Below are positions 50,305 through 61,906 of a stretch of DNA of 64,000 nucleotides, in pieces. This DNA comes from Candidatus Latescibacterota bacterium (GTDB taxonomy: Bacteria; Latescibacterota; CBDEFO01), in NCBI GenBank assembly GCA_965248755.1, contig OZ252149.1, positions 1,280,001-1,344,000 of the forward strand, in the 5' to 3' direction. The notes under the pieces are model-generated. The model did no database searches and was not told the DNA's origin. It saw only the letters and a program-made list of their open reading frames with translations. The position numbers and the translations under genes are program-made. How positions within the stretch are numbered: position 1 is the stretch's first letter; every line of letters begins with the position of its first letter.

Positions 50305-50403
50305 GCCCAACCAAAAATTAACCAAGTTGGTTTCCAGTTACCGTAACTTAGAGAATGATTCATAACTAATCTGCAATTTACTGTTAAAACCCTTGAAAGT
50401 CAA
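50305..50403 (-). promoter_or_regulatory. attI-like site with Pc-like promoter, copy B
   Basis: TTGACT-N17-TAAATT (50403-50375) upstream of GGTTAAT-TTTTG-GTTGGGC. Confidence 0.6.
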
Positions 50404-50634
50404 CCATATTATTTCATGTCTAATTCTGAAACAAATAGTGTAAGCTCCGATATTTTGGTACTGCCCTCCTTGACAGAGCGACAAGAATTTTGCAGTAGGG
50501 ATACCCCTCCCATGTCTGCTCAAAATAGCATTCCCTCAAATTTTTATTGACAACTTTCTGTTTTATGCTTAAGCTGTTGGCACAGCAATGGAAGGAAACA
50601 TCCGTTACAAGAAGACGAATATGGAGGTTGAAAT

Positions 50635-51774
50635 ATGACTTATGACTTGCTTGTCAAAGGCGGGACGCTCGTAGACCCTGCACTGAAGCTCCACGCGAAA
50701 AAGGACGTGGCTTTTACAAGTGGCGTCGTTTCCGCTGTCGGTGATGATCTGCCTAAGACGGAGGCGCGTGAGGTGCTGGACGCAAGTGGCCGCATCGTCA
50801 CGCCAGGGATGATCGATTTGCACGTCCATGTGTTCTACGGCGTCAGCCACTTCGGCATCGAGCCTGACCCTACCTGTCTGGCTAAGGGAGCAACCACAGT
50901 GGTCGACGCAGGTTCTGCGGGAGCGGACACCTTTCCGGGCTTTCGCAAGTATGTGATTGACGTGAGCGGGACGCGCATCCTGGCGCAGCTCAACATTGCG
51001 TCACAGGGGATGCTGACCCTCGAAATCGGAGAGTTCGAAATCCCTGAGTACGCAAATGTGGACAAAGCGTGCCAGATGATAGAAAAGCACCGCGATGTGA
51101 TTCTGGGTGTGAAGGTTCGACTCACAAAGAACCTCATCGTCAGCGAGAGGTCAGGGATGTCGCCCCTGCACCGAGCGCGCGAGGCCGCAGACGCGGCCGG
51201 ATTGCCCATCATGGTTCATCCGCAGGATGCCTGGTGCGGTTCGATTGACGATATTCTAGCCGTTATGCGCAAGCGAGACATCCTGACTCACTGCTTCCAC
51301 GGTATGGCGTGCGGCATCCTGGACGATCATGGTCAAGTGCGAAAATCGGTGCGTGAGGCGATGGAGCGCGGCGTCGTTTTCGATGTTGGGCACGGGGCAG
51401 GATCGTTCAACTGGAAGGTTGCTGAACGAGCGATGGAGCAGGGAGTCGAGCCTCAAACTATCTCATCGGACCTGCACATTTACAACATAGACGGTCCCGT
51501 CTACGACCTGGCGACGGTGGTTACCAAGTTTCTTCGTCTGGGCTTAACGCTCGACAACGCGATCGCGAAGGTTACGGCTGTTCCTGCTCAGACAATTTTG
51601 ATGCCAGATAAAATCGGTACACTCTCGGTCGGAGCATGGGGCGATGCGGTCGTCTTCGAATTACGTTCAGGAGAATTCCAGTTGCAGGACACGGACGGCG
51701 ACATGCGCATCGGCAAGCAGAAGCTCGTTCCCGTGGCGGTCGTCAAGGGCGGGCGGGTCTATCGGCAGAGCTGA
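50635..51774 (+). CDS. Dihydroorotase-like amidohydrolase/deacetylase family metallohydrolase
   Basis: PGMIDLHVH, GATTVVDAGSAG, GVKVR, MVH, LTHCFHG, FDVGHGAGSF, ISSDLH. Confidence 0.9.
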   Translation: MTYDLLVKGGTLVDPALKLHAKKDVAFTSGVVSAVGDDLPKTEAREVLDASGRIVTPGMIDLHVHVFYGVSHFGIEPDPTCLAKGATTVVDAGSAGADTFPGFRKYVIDVSGTRILAQLNIASQGMLTLEIGEFEIPEYANVDKACQMIEKHRDVILGVKVRLTKNLIVSERSGMSPLHRAREAADAAGLPIMVHPQDAWCGSIDDILAVMRKRDILTHCFHGMACGILDDHGQVRKSVREAMERGVVFDVGHGAGSFNWKVAERAMEQGVEPQTISSDLHIYNIDGPVYDLATVVTKFLRLGLTLDNAIAKVTAVPAQTILMPDKIGTLSVGAWGDAVVFELRSGEFQLQDTDGDMRIGKQKLVPVAVVKGGRVYRQS

Positions 51775-51782
51775 GTCATATT

Positions 51783-52073
51783 TTATCTACACAGCAGGCG
51801 ATCCTTCGGTTTTGTTCGACAAGTTGACTGCGAAGCCATCAATTCTGTTACCTTGCAAGCGCCGCGATATTTAAAATAATAACCGTCCTGTGCTCTCACT
51901 TCAATGGATTCTCCTCCGTTGAGCTCCTCCTCAGGTCTCATTCCATATTGTTTCACTTCTGCATCTGAACTAAACACCTTAAACTCCCGGTAAAGGAAAC
52001 TGCACAAGTCAGTTTCCACTTGCCAGAATATTTCGTATAAATGTCGGTTTCGAGTGGTCACATCAAGCTCCAT
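51783..52073 (-). CDS. Small hypothetical protein
   Basis: ORF with AAAGGTGG RBS; 3' end may be decayed. Confidence 0.35.
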   Translation of the reverse strand: MELDVTTRNRHLYEIFWQVETDLCSFLYREFKVFSSDAEVKQYGMRPEEELNGGESIEVRAQDGYYFKYRGACKVTELMASQSTCRTKPKDRLLCR

Positions 52074-52229
52074 TGTCCACCTTTCCTCAATCTATCAAAC
52101 TGCAGTTACATCATCATATTTTAACCATATGTTTTGCCCAATATCCTTATAAAAATACCCAATCTCACTCCCAGAGTCAAGTAAGAATCAACTGTTATTC
52201 AATTGTTGTAAGTGCCTCAATTCTTTTGC

Positions 52230-52258
52230 TTGACAAGACATAGGTAATCACTTACATT
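52230..52258 (+). promoter_or_regulatory. sigma70-like promoter
   Basis: TTGACA-N17-TACATT upstream of the aminotransferase-eno operon. Confidence 0.55.
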
Positions 52259-52312
52259 TGCCTCCACAGAGATACAGTGCTACAACGGTTATGAGTATTA
52301 TAGGGGGACTAA

Positions 52313-53692
52313 ATGGAACCTCTTTCAAATGAAAATGCATCGTTGGAAGACTATCTAAAGCTCGATCGGGAACACGTCTGGCATCCGCTATTTCAGCACA
52401 AACTGCTGGAAAAGCAGAACCTGATGCTGATTAAAGAGGGTCGTGGGACAAAATTAATCGACTACGAAGGGAACGAGTATCTGGATGCCTATGCCGGTCT
52501 ATGGAACGTGAATGTCGGCTACGGCCGCCAGGAGATCGCAGATGCGGTCTACCAGCAAATGAAGACGCTATCTTACTATCCCCATTCGCAGCTTAATATC
52601 CCGGCAACGCGTCTGGCGGACAGATTAAGCTCCATGCTGCCCGAGGATCTGAACCATGTTTTCTTCTCAAACAGCGGATCTGAGGCCAACGAGACAGCAC
52701 TGAAGATAGCAAGACAGTACGGTCGGCAGAAATTCCCTGGTCAGAACCGCTACAAGGTCATCGCCCGCTATCGAGGATACCACGGGTTCACCTTCGGAGC
52801 GATGTCGGCGACCGGGCAGACGCCCAGACGCGCTAAGTTTGAGCCTTTGGTTCCGGGATTTCATCACGCCCATCCTCCCTACTGCTATCGCTGTCCATTG
52901 GGTCTTTCGTATCCAGAGTGCAACGTAGCGTGCGCCGACGATATTGAAAGGATCATAGAGAACGAGGGGCCAGAGACTGTGATAGCCGTTATCGCAGAGC
53001 CGATCATAGGTGGCGGCGGAGTCATTGTTCCCCCCGACGATTATCTTCCAAAGCTCCGGGAGATCTGCGACCGCTACGATCTCCTTTTGATTCTAGATGA
53101 AGTAATCACAGGCTTCGGCAGGACTGGAACGCTATTCGCCTGCCAGAGATGGAAAGTTGAGCCCGACATCATCACTTTAGCCAAAGGCATAAGCAGCGGT
53201 TACCTTCCTTTAGGAGCGTGTGTAACCACATCCCCTGTCTTTGAGGCGTTCCTCGGAGAACCTGAAGATCACAGAGAATTCTCCCAGGTCAGCACCTACG
53301 GCGGACACCCCGTCTGCTGTGTCGCCGCTTTAGCCAATCTGGACATACTCCTTGCCGAAAGGCTGTGGGAAAACTCCGAAAAGATCGGAACTTACCTTCT
53401 CGGCAGACTGAAGCAGCTCTTAGAACTTCCGATTGTGGGCGACGTCAGGGGAAAGGGATTGATGATCGCCCTGGAACTGGTCAAAGACAAGGACAGTAAG
53501 ACTCCGCTGGATACCGAATCTGTCCTTAAAATCCAAAGGCACATCAAAGAAGAAGGCGTCCTGGTTGGAAGAGTTGCCTATGCTTCGTTCGATCCGGAAA
53601 ATATCCTTTTCGTCTCTCCGCCCTTAATTCTGACGAAGTCTGAAGCGGATACTATAGCAGATGTCTTCAAAACCGTATTGGAAAGGGCTTGA
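52313..53692 (+). CDS. Class III (omega-amino acid) PLP aminotransferase
   Basis: NSGSEANE, YHG, AEPI, DEVITGFGRTG, PDIITLAKG, TYGGHP. Confidence 0.92.
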   Translation: MEPLSNENASLEDYLKLDREHVWHPLFQHKLLEKQNLMLIKEGRGTKLIDYEGNEYLDAYAGLWNVNVGYGRQEIADAVYQQMKTLSYYPHSQLNIPATRLADRLSSMLPEDLNHVFFSNSGSEANETALKIARQYGRQKFPGQNRYKVIARYRGYHGFTFGAMSATGQTPRRAKFEPLVPGFHHAHPPYCYRCPLGLSYPECNVACADDIERIIENEGPETVIAVIAEPIIGGGGVIVPPDDYLPKLREICDRYDLLLILDEVITGFGRTGTLFACQRWKVEPDIITLAKGISSGYLPLGACVTTSPVFEAFLGEPEDHREFSQVSTYGGHPVCCVAALANLDILLAERLWENSEKIGTYLLGRLKQLLELPIVGDVRGKGLMIALELVKDKDSKTPLDTESVLKIQRHIKEEGVLVGRVAYASFDPENILFVSPPLILTKSEADTIADVFKTVLERA

Positions 53693-53711
53693 GAAATCTG
53701 TAATGAAGTGA

Positions 53712-55019
<1,308 letters not shown>

Positions 55020-55185
55020 GTTGAACCCGTGCGTGGTGTGTCAGACTGTCTGAGACGCAAGCGGGTACACAACAATTGCTGCCCTACGGACTTCATTATC
55101 GGCATTCTATTGTCGTGGGTCAGTCCCCGATTGAATCTATCGGGACCTGTCTGACACGCAGATTTGGGGAAACGGAAGGAGACGC

Positions 55186-55397
55186 ATGGTCTACCTTCTG
55201 GGAATCGACGTTGGAACTACGGGCGTAAAGAGTATGCTGAGGAGTTGGTAAAGGTCGTGGATTCGACAGAGCCGATAGAGGAAAATGTCAGCACGTACAG
55301 GGATTTCTACTCGGTCTTCAGATCCCTCTATCCGGCCCTGAAAGACACATTCTCAGAAGTTTCAAAAGTTGTAAGCAAATATCGGAGGGAAGATTAA
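55186..55397 (+). pseudogene. FGGY-family (xylulokinase-like) kinase with large internal deletion
   Basis: MVYLLGIDVGTTGVK joined directly to the C-terminal ...EPIEENVSTYRDFYSVFRSLYPALKDTF. Confidence 0.75.
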
Positions 55398-55403
55398 GTT
55401 CGG

Positions 55404-56477
55404 ATGGAAAAGAGAACGCTCGGAAGGACAGGGCTAGAGATAACCTCAGTAGCCTTCGGCGCAGCGCGTCTGTCGGAGCATCTCGATGCGGCTGTGGACA
55501 CCGTAAAGAGCGCCCTGGATTTGGGGATCAACTTCATAGACACCGCCAGAAGCTATGGTGACAGCGAGGAGAAGGTCGGACACGGGATAAAGGGCAAAAA
55601 GAGAGAGGATTTCTACATAGCCACAAAGACTCAGCCTGTCGATTCTGATATGGCTCAGCGGGACATAGAAACGAGCCTTTCGATCTTAGGTCTAGACAAC
55701 GTAGATCTCTTCTACGTCCACGGGTGCAACGATCCCGAAAGATTTCACAATACGATGAGCCCGGGCGGAGTTTTAGAAGGGTGCCAGAAGGCAAGGGATA
55801 GAGGCTTAACCAGATATATAGGGGTAAGCTTCGATCATTTTCAGCCCATGCCACTGGATCGAATGAGAACCCTTATCGAGACGGATGAGTTCGATGTGAT
55901 ACAGGTTCCTTTCAACCTTGTGCGCACCGAGAGAGTCGATGAGGAGATCATACCGCTCGCCAAAAAGAAGAACATAGGGGTCTTTGTCAACTATCCGACC
56001 TACGAGGGACACCTTGCACAGGAATGGGGAGTCTTCAAAAAGATTTTGGGACCTTACGCAGACACGCCCGGACAGGCCGCTCTCCTCTACATACTTTCTC
56101 ACGACGGTGTCAGCGCGGTTCTTTCCGGGATGAGCACGCCCCAGATGGCAGAGGAGAATGTCGCCGTCGGACATATTATCGAAAAGCTGTCTTCTGCGGA
56201 GCGTCGGAACATCGTGGAGAAAGTCGAAGCCCTGGGACTGGGGCCGTGCAGGAGCTGTGCCCTTTGCCACCCCTATTCGAATGGCATTCCCGTTCAAAAG
56301 ATAATGTTCGGCTACGACTGCTACACGAGATTCGGGTATGAATGGGCTAAAGAAGAATATGAATCTTACAGAGAGCAGGTTGAATCGTGCGAAGACCTCA
56401 AAGCATGCGATGAGGTCTGCCCTTACAGTTTCGATGTCCTTAAAATGCTCAAAGATGTCTATGCAAACAGACAGTAG
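55404..56477 (+). CDS. Aldo/keto reductase with C-terminal Cys cluster
   Basis: LGRTGL, GINFIDTARSYG, IATKT, IGVS; CRSCALC ... CDEVCP. Confidence 0.9.
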   Translation: MEKRTLGRTGLEITSVAFGAARLSEHLDAAVDTVKSALDLGINFIDTARSYGDSEEKVGHGIKGKKREDFYIATKTQPVDSDMAQRDIETSLSILGLDNVDLFYVHGCNDPERFHNTMSPGGVLEGCQKARDRGLTRYIGVSFDHFQPMPLDRMRTLIETDEFDVIQVPFNLVRTERVDEEIIPLAKKKNIGVFVNYPTYEGHLAQEWGVFKKILGPYADTPGQAALLYILSHDGVSAVLSGMSTPQMAEENVAVGHIIEKLSSAERRNIVEKVEALGLGPCRSCALCHPYSNGIPVQKIMFGYDCYTRFGYEWAKEEYESYREQVESCEDLKACDEVCPYSFDVLKMLKDVYANRQ

Positions 56478-56599
56478 GTAGACCCGCGGGTCTGCTCTGC
56501 AATCTGGGCGAACCACTTTGTGGCTTGTAGCGACATCGCTCTGCACGCTGCTACTTGGATTCGCTCCTACACAGACTACAGGAAAGGAGAAGAACAACT

Positions 56600-57082
56600 A
56601 TGAAGATCACCGTCTTGTTCACGATTTTTGCCTTTGTTTTCACTGCGATGTTTTCTCTTGCCCACGCCCAGACGAAAGATGCCATAGCCATCCGCAAGGT
56701 ATTAGAAGACGAGATGATAGGATGGAAAAGAGGCGACATCGAGAAGATAACGGAGCACTATCAGCCTCACTTCACAGGATACGACGGGCTCGAAAAGGCT
56801 GATCCCAGGGAGTGGCGAATCCTGTTTAGCGACCTGGATGAATTCAAGGACTACCTCGAAGAGAGGTTCTCCAAGGTGGAATACGATCTCAAAAGGACCG
56901 CCACCAAAACTGAGGCCAGAAACAACAGAGCCTATGTAGTAACTCAGGAACAGGGCAAGACCACACACAAAGAGACAGAGATGACAAGGGAGTTCGATCA
57001 CTTTAACTTCTGGATGCTGGAAAAGGTGGAAAATGAATGGAAGATAACCGGATTTGTCTTCAAGTTCGCCGTGCCTGAATAG
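56600..57082 (+). CDS. Secreted NTF2/SnoaL-like protein
   Basis: Signal peptide ending AHA; WKRGDIE, LEKVENEWKITG. Confidence 0.7.
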   Translation: MKITVLFTIFAFVFTAMFSLAHAQTKDAIAIRKVLEDEMIGWKRGDIEKITEHYQPHFTGYDGLEKADPREWRILFSDLDEFKDYLEERFSKVEYDLKRTATKTEARNNRAYVVTQEQGKTTHKETEMTREFDHFNFWMLEKVENEWKITGFVFKFAVPE

Positions 57083-57329
57083 TTAGCTAGGTAAACAGTA
57101 GTCAGTAGCCCCCCGATTGAAGCTAACTGGGATAAACGTGGCCCCAATATCTCCTTTCTAAGTCATCATTGCGAGCCAAGCGAAAGGTTTGCGAAGCAAC
57201 TTCATATAGACTGCCTTGTCTACTGTTTGCTACTTACTATTCTGGATCTCTATTGTCACCTCCAGACCATTTTGACCTGAAACTTAAGAAAGGACACAGA
57301 GGCTTGCTCTCCCTGGAGGCCGGTAAGGT

Positions 57330-58202
57330 ATGATTTCCTACAGATGGGGTACCTTGCTTTTAGCTACCTTTGTATCCGCCACGATTCTGATTATTTCGCT
57401 ATTAGTATCTGGATGCAAAGACGACGAAAAGAGTAAATCCCAGGATCCCTTCACCCACGAACCGCTCGACAGAACCTTAATGCGGTTTACAGATAGTAAA
57501 GGAATGGTGGACTACGCCACTTTAAAAGTGGATTCGGAAGACCTCGAAACCTATATAGATCTGCTGCAAGGCTACAGCCCTGAAAAAGATCCGGATGCGT
57601 TCCCCACAAGAGATGACAGATTGGCTTACTGGATCAACGCATACAACGCCTTCGTCATCAAAGGAGTTGTGGACAACTATCCCACAGACAGCGTTCTTAG
57701 CATCAAGATGTTTAAAGGCTTCTTCTGGATGATCAAATTCAACGCAGGTGGCAACAAATACTCACTCAAGCAAATAGAGGACGACATAATAAGGGAAAAG
57801 TTCAAAGAGCCGAGGATACACTTTGCCTTAAACTGCGCCTCTCTGGGATGTCCGCGCCTTGAAACGAAAGCCTATCTTGCCCATAACCTGGAGGGTAGGC
57901 TCGAAGAATCGGCCCGGTACTTCATAAACGAGGAACACAATGTCAAGATAGATGCGGAGAACAAAATCGTGTACCTCTCCTCCATCTTCGACTGGTACGC
58001 AGATGACTTCAGGGACTGGTATAAAGAGAATTTCAACGTGGCGGATGCTCATATACTGGACTACATCAAGCTCTACATAGCAGACGACAAAAAAGAGAAG
58101 ATAGAATTTGCTAAAGACAACTACAAGATTAAATACTACAAATACGACTGGGGACTGAGTGACCTTAACAGAGGAGAGTCGTCACTCTCCTCTGTTAAGT
58201 AG
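57330..58202 (+). CDS. DUF547 lipoprotein
   Basis: VSGC lipobox; GMVDY, LAYWINAYNA, EPRIHFALNCASLGCP, LSSIFDWY, YDWGL. Confidence 0.88.
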   Translation: MISYRWGTLLLATFVSATILIISLLVSGCKDDEKSKSQDPFTHEPLDRTLMRFTDSKGMVDYATLKVDSEDLETYIDLLQGYSPEKDPDAFPTRDDRLAYWINAYNAFVIKGVVDNYPTDSVLSIKMFKGFFWMIKFNAGGNKYSLKQIEDDIIREKFKEPRIHFALNCASLGCPRLETKAYLAHNLEGRLEESARYFINEEHNVKIDAENKIVYLSSIFDWYADDFRDWYKENFNVADAHILDYIKLYIADDKKEKIEFAKDNYKIKYYKYDWGLSDLNRGESSLSSVK

Positions 58203-58418
58203 ACAGCAAGAAGGTAGGGGAGGATGCCCTGCAAGAACGTAGGGAGGATGCCCTGTATTGACTACGAGATTAGCTTCCCCCCGACCCCCGATAGAGTCAA
58301 TCGGGGGTGCTCGCAACGACGGTTTAGAGGATTCGTAATGACGTTGCCGGGCTTCGGCTTCAGTCATTGCAAGGGGTGGAACCCCGAAGCAATCTCACCT
58401 TTCTACTGTCTACTATGT

Positions 58419-59140
58419 TCAGTCGTCTGAGCCGCCTCTGAGTATGAGCAGGCGGATAAGGTGGATGACAGCCACAGCTGCTGACGCCAGATAGGTCAGC
58501 GCCGCGGCATTTAGGACTTTCCTGGCGGACTTTATTTCGTCCTGAGCCAGATATCCCTCCCCTGTGAGGATCTTTATGGCTCTGCTGCTGGCGTTAAATT
58601 CGACGGGCAAAGTCACAAAGTGAAACGCGACAGCCAGGGTAAACAAGGCTATGCCAAGGTCTATCAGGGGTTCATATCCGAAGAAGAAGCCTCCTATGAA
58701 CAAGGGCCCCATGCTAATTTAGATCCGAAGCCTACTACGGGCACTAAGCTGGTTCCTCAAAGACAGTGGGGCGTAGCCTGCAGCCGTAGCCTGCAGCGTG
58801 CTGGAGCGCGTGTCCTGTCTCGTGTGCGGCGATACCTATGGGCGGACACAGACCTTGAGGAATAGACGCCCTCCGAAAGCCGCATAACTCTGTCGCGCGG
58901 ATCGTAATGATCCGTCAACTGGCCATCTATCACCTCCACTGCCACATTGTGAAGGCCGTTGTGATCCAAAAGCCTTCTGGCCACCTGTGCGCCGGTCAGT
59001 CCACTCCTTGCGTAAACCTCACTGTACCTGGAGTATGAACTCTTTATCTTAGCCTGAGCGTAGAGGGTGAGGATTATGGCAGGGATCAAAAGGATGAAGG
59101 TGGGGTCCCAAAATAAGGGGAAGAAGAATAGAGGATATAT
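58419..59140 (-). pseudogene. YugP-like neutral zinc metallopeptidase, multiply frameshifted
   Basis: GLTGAQVAR, GQLTDHYDP, AAHETGHALQH, TLPVEFNAS, AAALTY spread over several frames. Confidence 0.88.
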
Positions 59141-59168
59141 GGATTTAACCCCCTGATTTTGAACTTCA

Positions 59169-60119
59169 CTATTCGAATTGTTCTTTTTGAGACAACCTGT
59201 AGCCGCGGACAAATTCAGAGGCGGTCATCTTCTTTTTACCGGCAGGTTGAACCTCCAAAAGCCGGAGAAAACCCTCTCCAGTGGCTACTACTATCCCATC
59301 CTTGGGATCAGATACTATAATCTCCCCCGGCTTACTTTTACATTCTCGCTCCTCACGAGCAGCCCTATGTATTTTAAGTTCCTTCTCCCTCCAGATCGTG
59401 AACGCTCCAGGGTACGGATTTGTTCCCCTTATAAGGTTCCTTATCGTCTCTGGGCCTTTATTCCAATCAATCCTGCCGTTTTCCTTCTTAATCTTAGGGG
59501 CTTTCGTCGCTCCCACTTTGTCCCCAATTGAGTCTATCGGGGATTGAGGGATACGTATAGCCATTCCTGACTCCAAGAGTTCTATAGTCTCCACGAGCAT
59601 ATCTGCGCCTTCGGCTTTCAGTCTGTCGTAAAGCTCTCCTGCTGTCTCGTCATTTCCTATTTCGACTTTCTCCTGTAGGATTATGTCCCCGGTGTCAACC
59701 TTTTCGTCTATTACGAATGTCGTAAGACCCGTCTCCTTTTCACCATTTATGATGGCCCAGTTTATGGGTGCCGCTCCTCTGTACTTGGGCAATAGAGACG
59801 CATGTAGGTTAAGCGAACACAATCGGGGTATCATCAGAACCGAAAGAGGCAGGATTCTAAAGGCTACGACTACAAAAAGATCGGGTCGAGCGTCGGAAAG
59901 GGCAGAGTGGAAATGGGAATCTTTGAGGCTTACAGGCTGCATTGTGGGGATATTGAGTCTCTGCGCTTCCACCTTAACCGGGGAAGGTGAAAGCTTCTGT
60001 CCTCTTCCTTTCGGAGTGTCTGGACGAGTCACAACACACACACAATCGTGCCTGCTCCCTGCAATCCTCCCAAGAGACGGAACGGCAAAATCGGGCGTCC
60101 CCATGAAGATCAATCTCAT
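59169..60119 (-). CDS. fmt: Methionyl-tRNA formyltransferase
   Basis: FMGTPDFA, VVTRPD..KGRG, NLHASLLPKYRGAAPI, DTGDII, NPYPGA. Confidence 0.97.
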   Translation of the reverse strand: MRLIFMGTPDFAVPSLGRIAGSRHDCVCVVTRPDTPKGRGQKLSPSPVKVEAQRLNIPTMQPVSLKDSHFHSALSDARPDLFVVVAFRILPLSVLMIPRLCSLNLHASLLPKYRGAAPINWAIINGEKETGLTTFVIDEKVDTGDIILQEKVEIGNDETAGELYDRLKAEGADMLVETIELLESGMAIRIPQSPIDSIGDKVGATKAPKIKKENGRIDWNKGPETIRNLIRGTNPYPGAFTIWREKELKIHRAAREERECKSKPGEIIVSDPKDGIVVATGEGFLRLLEVQPAGKKKMTASEFVRGYRLSQKEQFE

Positions 60120-60130
60120 ATTAAGACTGT

Positions 60131-60442
60131 CTATTCTTTAAGTTTTGATACCGCCGATCGAGAGACCTCTACTTTCACATTGTCGGCTATCCTCAGAACT
60201 AAGATATCATCTTTCTCATTGATTCCGACTATGGAACCGTGTATGCCTCCTGTAGTTACGACCTTGTCCCCTTTTCTCAAGTTCCTAATAAGCTCCTGAT
60301 GTTCTTTTTGTTTTCTGTGCTGAGGACGTATGATAAGGAAGTAGAAGATCAGAAAAATAACTATCAAAGGAAGAAAGCTGAGTATTCCCGCTCCACCGGA
60401 GTCTCCTCCCGGTAGCGTCATTGCGTAGACTTGGTCAATCAA
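60131..60442 (-). CDS. yajC: Preprotein translocase subunit YajC
   Basis: FYFLIIRPQ, GDKVVTTGGIHG; follows tgt. Confidence 0.95.
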   Translation of the reverse strand: MIDQVYAMTLPGGDSGGAGILSFLPLIVIFLIFYFLIIRPQHRKQKEHQELIRNLRKGDKVVTTGGIHGSIVGINEKDDILVLRIADNVKVEVSRSAVSKLKE

Positions 60443-60726
60443 GCGAACCTCCTGACTTTAATTATGGTTGGCACTGTCAACTGGATTTCGAAATCCGTCC
60501 CGCATCTGTCGGGCCAGTCCCCGATTGCTTCTATCGGGGACGCGTGTCTGCTCAGAAACTAAACTACGGACCGGGCTGCTCGGTCCCTGGGCTCTTTCTT
60601 AGGGTGCATGAGGTGGTGACATCAAAGCACGAAGTGCCCTTGCCCCTGCACTCGTAGAGGCGATCTTGCACCCTTTACCTTGTATGTCGTTAACTGCCTA
60701 CTAATTGGGGTGCTCCATCCAGAACT

Positions 60727-61869
60727 CTATGCCTCATATTCCGAGTAAAATTCAGCTCTCCACTCAGAAAAGGTTCCTTCTATTATGGACTGGCGCATCT
60801 GGCGCATCGTCTCCAGGAAAAAATAGAGGCTGTGAAATGTGGCAAGCCTCAGCGCGAGTATCTCCCCTGTCTGGAACAGATGACGGATATAAGCGCGACA
60901 GTAGCGGCGGCAGGTGGCACAGGGACATTGTGGGTCTATTGGAGAAAAGTCGTGGGCGTACTGGGCATTTTTGAGCACCATCTTGCCCTTCCGAGTGAAT
61001 ATCGTGCCGTTGCGCGCATTCCTGGTCGGAATCACACAGTCGAACATGTCCACTCCCCTTGCGACGCCCTCTACCAGATCGGCAGGGTGGCCGATACCCA
61101 TAAGGTACCTGGGTCTGTCCGCGGGTAATAACTCGGCTGTGCAATCTACTATCTCCCACAATTTGGCTTTCGGCTCGCCGACCGCAAGTCCTCCTATTGC
61201 ATACCCGGGCAGGTCCAATTCCATCAGGCGCTCTGCGCTCTTTACTCTCAGATCTGGATAGACACTGCCCTGAACTATCCCGAAGAGAGCCTGCCTCTTC
61301 CCAGATTCCTCCACAAGAGACCTATGCCTTTGAATAGATCGCTGGGCCCATCTTAAGGTCATTTCCGACGATCCCTTGGCCTGCTCGTAAGAGCAGGGAT
61401 AGGACGTGCACTCGTCGAACACCATGATTATATCCGCACCTAAAGCGTGCTGTATCTCCACTGCACGTTCAGGCGTCAAAAGATGGTATGAGCCGTCGAA
61501 GTGCGACTGAAATGACACTCCTTCTTCGGTTACTTTGTTCAGATCGGCGAGGCTAAAGACCTGATAGCCCCCACTGTCGGTCAGCATAGGACGCTCCCAG
61601 CTTATGAACTTGTGGAGCCCTCCTGCTTTTTCGATAAGCTCGTGGCCAGGTCTGAGATATAGGTGATACGTGTTGCACAGGATTATTTGTGCGCCCATAT
61701 CCTCAAGTTCACCTTGAGACATAGTCTTGACCGTCGCCTGAGTGCCCACAGGCATAAAGACGGGTGTGGGCACCTCGCCATTAGGCGTCCTTAATATCCC
61801 GGCTCGGGCTTTTGTGTCCTTATCCACTGCTATAATTTCGTATTGAAAGTCTTCCCTGTGGTCTATCAT
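60727..61869 (-). CDS. tgt: Queuine tRNA-ribosyltransferase
   Basis: [45 protein letters not shown]. Confidence 0.98.
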   Translation of the reverse strand: MIDHREDFQYEIIAVDKDTKARAGILRTPNGEVPTPVFMPVGTQATVKTMSQGELEDMGAQIILCNTYHLYLRPGHELIEKAGGLHKFISWERPMLTDSGGYQVFSLADLNKVTEEGVSFQSHFDGSYHLLTPERAVEIQHALGADIIMVFDECTSYPCSYEQAKGSSEMTLRWAQRSIQRHRSLVEESGKRQALFGIVQGSVYPDLRVKSAERLMELDLPGYAIGGLAVGEPKAKLWEIVDCTAELLPADRPRYLMGIGHPADLVEGVARGVDMFDCVIPTRNARNGTIFTRKGKMVLKNAQYAHDFSPIDPQCPCATCRRYCRAYIRHLFQTGEILALRLATFHSLYFFLETMRQMRQSIIEGTFSEWRAEFYSEYEA

Positions 61870-61906
61870 CACCTCGCTAAGTTGTAGGCTCAAACTCTAT
61901 TACTAC

